Below the pieces are notes generated by a model. That model saw only the letters and a program-made list of their open reading frames with translations, was not told the DNA's origin and did not search any database. From positions 22,180 to 86,179 of the forward strand of contig MTMD02000005.1 in NCBI GenBank assembly GCA_002010065.2: DNA of 64,000 nucleotides, written 5' to 3'. Shown one piece after another: positions 57,274 through 64,000 of the stretch. Position 1 is the first letter of the stretch. Every line of letters begins with the position of its first letter. The translations under genes and the position numbers were made by a program. This DNA is from Candidatus Pyrohabitans jungbluthii. GTDB taxonomy: Archaea > Hydrothermarchaeota > Hydrothermarchaeia > Hydrothermarchaeales > BMS3B.

Positions 57274-58644
57274 ATGTGCGCAATCGCAGGAGGCTTCTCA
57301 ACAAGCGTTGCGAGGATGCTTGAGCTTCTTTACCACAGAGGCAGCGATGGCTATGGTGCTTTCGCTAGGGATGAGCTCTGCCTAGCCCATGCCCTGCATG
57401 CCACCCACTCCAGAGATGCCCAACCCATAGCGGGATGCTCCTCTCTGGTTGTGGTAGCTAATGGCGAGATTTACAATTACCGCGAACTCAGGGAGAGGTT
57501 GGCCTCGCATGAGTTTAAAACGCGAAGCGACTGTGAGTCGATTGTGCATGCGGTGGAGGAATACTACAGGGGCAACCTACAGGAAGCGGTGGCGAAAGCT
57601 CTTCCCCTTTTAGACGGCGAGTTCACCTTTGCGGTAAGCGATGGCGAGGTTATAGTCTTAGCGAGGGACTTTGCGGGTACTAAGCCGGTGTACTTCTCAA
57701 AGCTAAGCTTTGCTTCTGAGAAGAAGGCGCTCTGGGCTATAAGAGAGGAAGCTTTAAGCCTAAACCCGGGTGAGGTTGTCTCCCTAACTAAGCACAGCAT
57801 GAACCGAAGGCGGGTTAGGAGGTACACGCTTCGCAAAGTTGCTTACCCGGAGGCTGAGCTTGCAGAGGCGCTGGTGAGCGCCGTCAAAAAGCGTGCCAGG
57901 CATGTGGAGCGCTTTGGGATACTCTTCTCTGGCGGCGTAGATAGCGCCCTTATCGCATGTATATGCGCAAACCTGGGCTATGAGCCTAAGCTCTACGCCG
58001 TTGCTATGCCTGGCTCGCTGGACGAGAAGAGGCTGAAAATAGAGAAATTTCTTGGCTTGGAAGTAGTGTACAGGGAGATTGGGTATGAGGAGGTGGCAAG
58101 CGCAATAGACAAGGTGCTCTACGCAATTGAGGAGCCAGATGCGCTTAAGCTGAGCATCGCCATGCCTATTTACTTGGCGGCTGAGCTGGCGAAGGCTAAC
58201 GGAGAGAAGGTGCTCCTCACCGGGCAGGGTAGTGATGAGCTTTTCGCGGGTTACGCTAAGTATGCTGCGCTTAGCAAGGAGGAGCTAAACTTGGCTCTGC
58301 GTAGTGATTTTGAGAACCTGTACAGTGTAAACCTCGAACGGGACGATAAAGCGGCGATGGCAGCGCAGATAGAGCTTCTCCACCCTTACCTTGACCGCCG
58401 CGTAGTAGAGGAGGCACTTTCGCTTCCACCGGAGCTGAAGATTGCTCAAGGGATGCGTAAGTATATCCTGCGGAAAGTTGCCAAGAAGCTCGGGCTCCCT
58501 GAAACCATAGCAATGCGGGAGAAGAAGGCAGTACAGTACTCCACAGGCGTGGCGAAAGCGCTTAAGAAGTTTGCTCGTGCAGAAGGTAAAAAGCTGGGCG
58601 AATACGTGGAGGAGCGCTTCGCAGCCCTCTTTACTACCTCTTAA
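57274..58644 (+). CDS. asnB: Asparagine synthetase B (glutamine-hydrolysing)
   Basis: N-terminal Cys, NGEIYN, ARD..G.KP, SGGVDS, GQGSDELFAGY. Confidence 0.9.
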   Translation: MCAIAGGFSTSVARMLELLYHRGSDGYGAFARDELCLAHALHATHSRDAQPIAGCSSLVVVANGEIYNYRELRERLASHEFKTRSDCESIVHAVEEYYRGNLQEAVAKALPLLDGEFTFAVSDGEVIVLARDFAGTKPVYFSKLSFASEKKALWAIREEALSLNPGEVVSLTKHSMNRRRVRRYTLRKVAYPEAELAEALVSAVKKRARHVERFGILFSGGVDSALIACICANLGYEPKLYAVAMPGSLDEKRLKIEKFLGLEVVYREIGYEEVASAIDKVLYAIEEPDALKLSIAMPIYLAAELAKANGEKVLLTGQGSDELFAGYAKYAALSKEELNLALRSDFENLYSVNLERDDKAAMAAQIELLHPYLDRRVVEEALSLPPELKIAQGMRKYILRKVAKKLGLPETIAMREKKAVQYSTGVAKALKKFARAEGKKLGEYVEERFAALFTTS

Positions 58645-58837
58645 GTTTGAAGTAAACCCCGCTCTCTTCTCTACGAAGCTTTACCCAGCCTTTCTCCTTC
58701 ATTTCAAGCAGGCGCCTTGCTACGAAGGTCTTGCTTTCGCCGGTGATTTTCGCTATCTCCTCGATGCTAAGCTCTTTTGGATAGACACTCTCAAGAATGT
58801 CCAGAATCAGCTTATCTCCTCTTCGCAATTTTCTCAC
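58634..58837 (-). CDS. Small winged-HTH protein
   Basis: LSIEEIAKITGES…VARRLLEMKEKGWV; ATGA-type overlap with the upstream gene. Confidence 0.65.
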   Translation of the reverse strand: MRKLRRGDKLILDILESVYPKELSIEEIAKITGESKTFVARRLLEMKEKGWVKLRREESGVYFKLKR

Positions 58838-60048
58838 CAGTTGTCCAGGCTGAGCTGGTTTTTCGCAGCCTTTCTCTTTTTTGCCTGTTTGGCAAAGATT
58901 ATCTCTCCGTACTTTCCACCCCCGCCCTCTATAATTTCAAAGTCCTGCACCCTGAAGCGGCGAATTAACTCAGCGATACCTTCGCCTCCAACCTTGGCAA
59001 TCTCCTCCGTATCCACGTCCACAAGCACGCGGATCTCACTCCCGAAGGCGAGCACCAGACTGCGCCACAAGCTCTGAACTCGGGAGGAGTAAACATTGCT
59101 CACCTTAAGAGCCTGGGCGATTATCTCCGCGAGGGGGGCGATTCTCAGGTAGGGTGGGCGATGCTCAGGGTGGTGTGGCTTATCCCAGGTGGCGATTTCC
59201 CGTATCCTGTCGCGAACGCCCTTCTTGATCCTGCCGCCGCACTGTATGCATCGCCATTTTAGCTTCTCAGCATCCTCAAGCTCGTAATGGGTGTAGCATT
59301 TAATGCACGCGGTGCGGTGGTACTTGCCAAGGCGCGGATCGAAGCCCACGTTCAGCACAACGCGATTCCCTTTCTGGCGAAGAAGAGCGCGCTTTATCTC
59401 TGTGAAGCTCACTTCGCTGAGCTTGAACCTGTTGAACTCCCTGCCCAGCTTGTTGGGCCACGGCGAGTGGGCGTCGCTGTTGGAGAGGAAGGTTATGTCT
59501 TGGAGTTCAGCTATGGTGTCAGCCAGCTCAGTGTCTGCACTCAGCCCCAGCTCAAGGAAGGCTATTTTAGCGCTGCCGTAGCACTCACGAAGAGAATCGT
59601 ACTCCTTGTAGATGCTCGTCCAGGGCACGAAGGCATGCGAAGGCCCCACAAGACCGCCCACATCGTTGACCATGTCCGCGATTTCCTCGCCCTTAAGCGT
59701 CAGATGAGGTCTGCCATCTTTTTCGATGTCCACGGAATACTTCCTGAACCTCCCTCTAAGCTCTTCCGCGGCAGAGAGTGAGGGGAGAATTATAAAGTGG
59801 TGTACCCTTCTCGCGTCCTCCACCTCCAGAGTAAGAATGAAGCGCGTGCCCCCGGAGAGAAAGATGCCCTCCTCCACCTCCTCCAGCGAGCGAATCTCAT
59901 CTAACCACGCAGGGTGGAGGGCATCTCCCGTTCCCACCAGGTGCAGACCTTTGAGGGGTGCCTGCTCCGCTATTGTAGCTATTCGCATATTGCTAGAGGT
60001 TGCACCCGAGAAGTGGCTGTGGATGTGGAGGTCGGCATTTATCTCCAA
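58834..60048 (-). CDS. endoQ: Endonuclease Q-like PHP-domain protein (TIGR00375 type)
   Basis: DLHIHS, GTGD, ELGLSAD, SNSDAHS, GKYH, CxxC…CxxC, C-terminal PIP-like QLSLDNW; start TTG 60048 after GGTGA. Confidence 0.85.
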   Translation of the reverse strand: MEINADLHIHSHFSGATSSNMRIATIAEQAPLKGLHLVGTGDALHPAWLDEIRSLEEVEEGIFLSGGTRFILTLEVEDARRVHHFIILPSLSAAEELRGRFRKYSVDIEKDGRPHLTLKGEEIADMVNDVGGLVGPSHAFVPWTSIYKEYDSLRECYGSAKIAFLELGLSADTELADTIAELQDITFLSNSDAHSPWPNKLGREFNRFKLSEVSFTEIKRALLRQKGNRVVLNVGFDPRLGKYHRTACIKCYTHYELEDAEKLKWRCIQCGGRIKKGVRDRIREIATWDKPHHPEHRPPYLRIAPLAEIIAQALKVSNVYSSRVQSLWRSLVLAFGSEIRVLVDVDTEEIAKVGGEGIAELIRRFRVQDFEIIEGGGGKYGEIIFAKQAKKRKAAKNQLSLDNW

Positions 60049-60150
60049 ACCATCACCGGAATGTAGTTTATCGTGTGAATACTTAAAGTCTTTGCATAAC
60101 AAAAGATTCATATTGCAGCTTGAGGTTATTGATTATCAGGAGGATTAAGT

Positions 60151-61398
60151 GTGAGAAGGTTCATACCCCTCATTTTAGCGTTAGCGCTTTTTCCGGTCGC
60201 CTTCGCTGCGCAAACTGTTCAGGACTCTGGAATTATAATGAGCATCGAGGTCGAGTACGACTTTAAAAGCCCGGAGCACAGCATAGTTACCTTCACCTAT
60301 AAATTTACGAACCCGGAAAAGGAGGCAATCCCCCTAGACTATGCCTCCAGCTTCACCTTCTTCCGTGAGGGCTCCGAGATACTGGAGGTATACGACATCC
60401 CCAAGGGGAGCATTCAGTACAAGCTGAGCGAAGATAAAAGAGGGGTCACATTCTTTTTTGCCCGTACTTTTGCTCCTGGTGAGGAGTATGAGATAAAAAT
60501 AAAGGTAAACTCCCCGGAGACCACCGAGAAGGGTGATGGTGTGTGGAAGTTCAAGGACATCGAGGGCAACTTCTTTGACTGGCCAATCAATGGCATACGC
60601 GTTTCCTTTCTCCTCCCCGAGAGTCTGTTCAGAAGCTACAAGATAGTCAGGCTAGACCCGGGCGCCGAGCTGATATATGAAGACCAGAGGAAGGGTGCAG
60701 TTTGGGAGCGCAGAATTCTCTACCCAGGTGAGAGCTACCTCACCACAGCCGACTTCGCAGTTACCTGGAATACCCATGCAATTATTTTGACCCTTATCTT
60801 TGCAGCCCTTTTGGGCGCGGTTGCATATTTCTTTTATTCGGGTGGCCGCAGGAAGATAGTGATTCGCAGAGGTTTTATAAAGACTCTCCCTAACCATGCC
60901 GGCGAGAGTGACATAATAAGCAAGGTGGAGGAATTCATTAAGAGTGCCAAGAGCGAGGTGGCGATAACTTCGCCCTGGATATTCTATGTGGACTGGTTTA
61001 CCTCAAACATAAAGCAGCTCACAGATCGCGGAGTTAAGGTGAGGATAATAACCTGGCCTTGGTACGAGCGCAGGAAGGTGGGCGGGAGATGGGAGTACAT
61101 AGAGAATCGAAGGCAGAGCTTCGCCTTGGAGAGGTTTCTGGACATGTTTCCTCCTGGCACTGTGAAGCTGAATGAGAACCTCCACTCCAAGCTTGTCATC
61201 GTGGACAGAAAGAAGGTTATCGCTTCCTCAGCCAACCTGACGCAGACGGGCTTCTGGGAGAACTACGAGGCGGGGATATGGATAGAGGATGAGGAGGTGG
61301 CAAAGGCAGCGATGGAGTACTTTGAGAAGGTGTGGAACTCGAAGGATAGCGTCACCTTAACTAGGGAGTTTATGAGGGAGAAGGAGGGGAGGAGCTGA
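60151..61398 (+). CDS. Membrane protein with extracellular domain and cytoplasmic PLD-like (single HKD) domain
   Basis: Signal peptide, one TM, HSKLVIVD…SANLT…NYE. Confidence 0.8.
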   Translation: MRRFIPLILALALFPVAFAAQTVQDSGIIMSIEVEYDFKSPEHSIVTFTYKFTNPEKEAIPLDYASSFTFFREGSEILEVYDIPKGSIQYKLSEDKRGVTFFFARTFAPGEEYEIKIKVNSPETTEKGDGVWKFKDIEGNFFDWPINGIRVSFLLPESLFRSYKIVRLDPGAELIYEDQRKGAVWERRILYPGESYLTTADFAVTWNTHAIILTLIFAALLGAVAYFFYSGGRRKIVIRRGFIKTLPNHAGESDIISKVEEFIKSAKSEVAITSPWIFYVDWFTSNIKQLTDRGVKVRIITWPWYERRKVGGRWEYIENRRQSFALERFLDMFPPGTVKLNENLHSKLVIVDRKKVIASSANLTQTGFWENYEAGIWIEDEEVAKAAMEYFEKVWNSKDSVTLTREFMREKEGRS

Positions 61399-61442
61399 AT
61401 AACGCTTATTTATAATAAAAAGTTTTGAACAATGATAGATAA

Positions 61443-61510
61443 TGGTGAGGGGACTCGAACCCCTTCCTCCTGGTTGACGGCCAGGTATGCTACCCTTACA
61501 CCACACCCGG
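61443..61510 (-). pseudogene. tRNA-Asp(GTC)-like relic with truncated acceptor stem
   Basis: D-arm, CCTGG-CC-GTC-AA-CCAGG, AGGGG-TTCGAGT-CCCCT; only 4 acceptor pairs; C at position 33. Confidence 0.7.
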
Positions 61511-61620
61511 AATCAATATGGTTCGAGTCCGAACCGGATTATACAATCCGCATTATTTTTATAAATTCTTTAATTACTAATAATTTAACATCTGTAACAA
61601 TTTCCATAGTAAGAAGGTGG

Positions 61621-61631
61621 TGCTCCGGTCG
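61621..61631. repeat. 11-bp copy of the tRNA-Glu 3' end (candidate att scar)
   Basis: TGCTCCGGTCG, identical to 63946-63956 and 57149-57159. Confidence 0.5.
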
Positions 61632-61779
61632 AGCACGCCTGAGCCACCACAAAAGCCTATGTAGTTTTTAATTGCTTTTAATATATATAAACTTAGCGTT
61701 GAGTAAGTTAAATGACTTCACCTGATATACTGCTATTTTACCTTTGCGTAAAATTTATATTTAAAAATTTAATTTGTGT

Positions 61780-62571
61780 TTATGTTTTTCTTTTTCTATA
61801 ATTTAAATACCAATTAGCAATATTAGCAATAATTCCTAATATTGATACACCTATAGCAATTTTTGATAAAAAAGATGCCTCTGCGCTAGATGCTTTTATT
61901 GCTTTTAATTGTTTTTCGAGCAGAGAAATTTGTTTTTTACTGGAATTTACTTGTTCCTGAAGAAGATTAATTTGAGTTCTACTATTATTTACCTGTACAT
62001 TTAGTAATTCTAATTGTTCTCGCATTTTATCTAGTTTTGATTGTTCAATTATCAGTCGTTGTTTTTCGATTTCTGGTACAACACTAATAGTCACTTCATT
62101 ATTTTTAGTTGGGGTTATATAACCCAAAGTTACAAATTCACCTTCAGAACGTGAAAAACTTTGCAATTCTATTTTAACTACCTTAATTGTGTATTGACCC
62201 ACTTTTGAAATCGAAAAATCAATCCAATTACCATCTTTATAGTGCCACGTTGAATATGCATAAAATTTTTTCCTTTCACCTACTTTTATTTCATATATCT
62301 CAGTAAGAGAACCCATATGAGAAGTAATAAATTTATCAATAACATAACCGTCAGAGTCAATTAAATACGCTGTAGCAATGAGCTCACTTACAAAGAAACT
62401 AGACCCGCCTACATTCTCAATTTCTGCATTTATTCTAATTTTTTCATTCGGAGAATATATATTAGAGTCTGTCCAAATTCGCGCTAATCTTAGTGAATTT
62501 ATTTCTGAAGAAAATACATTTGAACTACATATTGTGAGGATTACAATCAAAGCAAATATTCGTTTCAGCAT
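61780..62571 (-). CDS. Secreted Ig-like protein with coiled coil and C-terminal TM anchor
   Basis: Signal peptide MLKRIFALIV…; TDSNIYSPNE…IENVG; Q/L heptads; TM plus RKRK. Confidence 0.65.
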   Translation of the reverse strand: MLKRIFALIVILTICSSNVFSSEINSLRLARIWTDSNIYSPNEKIRINAEIENVGGSSFFVSELIATAYLIDSDGYVIDKFITSHMGSLTEIYEIKVGERKKFYAYSTWHYKDGNWIDFSISKVGQYTIKVVKIELQSFSRSEGEFVTLGYITPTKNNEVTISVVPEIEKQRLIIEQSKLDKMREQLELLNVQVNNSRTQINLLQEQVNSSKKQISLLEKQLKAIKASSAEASFLSKIAIGVSILGIIANIANWYLNYRKRKT

Positions 62572-62739
62572 AGAATTTGATAAGGCTGTAAATTTAATAA
62601 ACTTTATGGTTTTGGGATAGCACAGTTTTTGAGAGGTAGAGAAAACCATAACAATAATATAAATATGATAAAGATAGGAAATGAACGATAAGTTTAATAT
62701 CATAGTGAATTGGATAATAAGAAATTCGGGGGATAAAAG

Positions 62740-63672
62740 ATGATTAATTTGGGGCTCTCTGCAAAATCTATCCATTCCATTCTTCAGAGAATGGATTGGG
62801 TTAAGATTTATAAAGAAGAGTTAATTATTCGTCTATTAGGCTTGGAAGAAGTAAAAAATGCCTTTCCTGAAAGAAGATTTATTAACCTAATAAAGCCACA
62901 ATTGGATATAATCTTCCCAAAAGAATTCTCAAAAAAGTCCAAGATAATGGATATTAGAGAATCAATTCGAAGATGGATGATAATTGCCAATCTTAAATCT
63001 TTCTCACTAATTAAAATTCTAGATCAAATACCAAAAGAATTATCAGAGTCAGCAGAAATATGTAGTAAATATTCAGATATTCCAATTGGGCCATTAGATT
63101 CGGAAACTGTTAGGCAAATGACACATGAAAAATTGAAAAAATGGCGAGAAGGTAACATTGCCTTATTTTATACCGGAGTGTCTATAACAAATTTATTAGG
63201 TATATTCGTATCCGAACTATTTTTTACAATTGAGGCAATGTGTAGAGCGATCTGTATTGGTAGTTGTCTCAATTTTGCTGTTAAATCAATCTTACCAGAT
63301 ATTACAATTCAGCATAACGAAATATTTAAAACTCTAAAATGGTTGGCCGATAATGAAAAAAACAGTGTAAATTGTAAACTATGCCCCATTAATAATGAAT
63401 GTAATATCAATGCTTATTCAAAAATAGCGGAAATATACGAATTATTTTATCATATGAGAGCTATAAAAGATTATAGGGCTGAATTTTATTTCAATACTGA
63501 ATTTAAAGAATTTTTGTTAAATGAATATATGATTCAGAGTTTTAAAGCAGCTTGTATCATTGATAACATTATGAACAAATTATTCCTAAATTATCTTACA
63601 TCTCCATTATCTTTAGCAGCACAAAAAAGAAGAAATATCAAAGATCTTATCAAAATCAAAAAGAAATTATAA
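62740..63672 (+). CDS. Hypothetical protein with HEPN-like C-terminal half
   Basis: FFTIEAMCRA…QHNE…HMRAIKDY resembles the HEPN E…H…Rx4Y pattern. Confidence 0.5.
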   Translation: MINLGLSAKSIHSILQRMDWVKIYKEELIIRLLGLEEVKNAFPERRFINLIKPQLDIIFPKEFSKKSKIMDIRESIRRWMIIANLKSFSLIKILDQIPKELSESAEICSKYSDIPIGPLDSETVRQMTHEKLKKWREGNIALFYTGVSITNLLGIFVSELFFTIEAMCRAICIGSCLNFAVKSILPDITIQHNEIFKTLKWLADNEKNSVNCKLCPINNECNINAYSKIAEIYELFYHMRAIKDYRAEFYFNTEFKEFLLNEYMIQSFKAACIIDNIMNKLFLNYLTSPLSLAAQKRRNIKDLIKIKKKL

Positions 63673-63708
63673 TATCCATATTTAGTCGACCATTTAAAGG
63701 TGAGGTAG

Positions 63709-63793
63709 ATGGAGGAAATAATTCGTAAAATTCTTAAAGATTTTGTACCATATGAGCCAGAATCAGATTGTCTCTCCAAGTTTGTTAATATTT
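63709..63793 (+). pseudogene. 5' fragment of a gene cut by the att-like repeat
   Basis: SD AGGTGAGGT before ATG 63709; AT-rich codons end where the tRNA-derived repeat starts. Confidence 0.4.
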
Positions 63794-63815
63794 TGCTCCG
63801 GTCGGGATTCAGAAC
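63794..63815. repeat. Copy of the tRNA-Glu 3' end (att-like)
   Basis: TGCTCCGGTCGGGATTC(A)GAAC versus TGCTCCGGTCGGGATTCGAAC at 63946. Confidence 0.75.
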
Positions 63816-63916
63816 GCAACTGCAGTCAGTTGCATCAACATATTGTGGTATCTTACGATACCACCATGCTCCCACCGCATTTGCCATTATTTCCCTGTCG
63901 GGGCGGGGTATACCTA

Positions 63917-63940
63917 AGGGGAGGGGTATTCCCCTCCCCT
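63917..63940. other. Perfect 10-bp hairpin just 3' of tRNA-Glu(TTC)
   Basis: AGGGGAGGGG-TATT-CCCCTCCCCT. Confidence 0.7.
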
Positions 63941-63945
63941 GGCAA

Positions 63946-64000
63946 TGCTCCGGTCGGGATTCGAACCCGAGTCGCCGGCTCGAAAGGCCGGCATGATTGG
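63946..64000 (-). tRNA. tRNA-Glu(TTC), 5' end beyond the window
   Basis: GCCGGC-CT-TTC-GA-GCCGGC anticodon arm, T-arm, 3' CCGGAGCA. Confidence 0.93.

Larger units (their letters stand above)
61399..63815. mobile_element. AT-rich island remnant adjacent to tRNA-Glu(TTC)
   Basis: Strong GC drop; partial copies of the tRNA-Glu 3' end at 61621-61631 and 63794-63815. Confidence 0.7.

Noticed and set aside
62572-62775. 68-codon N-terminal extension of the 331-aa ORF
   Set aside because: AT-rich intergenic-like sequence; the signal peptide starts at 62571
63709-63996. 95-aa ORF as a full gene
   Set aside because: Its 3' part runs through the att repeat, the hairpin and antisense tRNA-Glu
1-64000. 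CRISPR array or cas genes
   Set aside because: No regularly spaced 25-45 bp repeats and no cas motifs seen

Overview
Archaeal chromosomal window from a probably anaerobic, thermophilic euryarchaeal-type organism. Evidence: thermosome, archaeosine TGT, EgsA, AcnX-type mevalonate enzyme, TATA boxes, GGTGA Shine-Dalgarno motifs and a CGP-CTERM protein; Ca. Hydrothermarchaeota-like is only a guess. Most of it is dense housekeeping and metabolic sequence (W/Mo uptake, dapF, glpAB, purE, tgtA, xpf, cimA, ino1, hisE, asnB, EndoQ, two tRNA-Glu). Main highlights: (1) an un-annotated RiPP-like cassette at 2.0-3.5 kb, with a 22-aa Cys/His precursor (MKIVKKEKKVAYATCKCHKSCM) that has its own promoter, SD and T-tract, then a 46-aa CxxC protein and an RRE-radical SAM-SPASM maturase, next to a second radical SAM gene; (2) an AT-rich defence-like island at 11-15 kb (hsdS remnant, OLD nuclease, DUF2075 helicase-like gene) containing two attC-like sites but no integrase; (3) a Tfx regulator with four GTAA-N10-TTAC-like boxes at the tupABC divergon; (4) an intact but apparently catalytically dead class III RNR plus activase, near an ArsR-DUF4430 regulator; (5) a Rieske-less cytochrome b6/subunit IV operon with small membrane ORFs; (6) an AT-rich island at tRNA-Glu(TTC) with att scars, a HEPN-like gene and a tRNA-Asp-like relic. 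All family calls come from motif recognition by eye; no searches were run.
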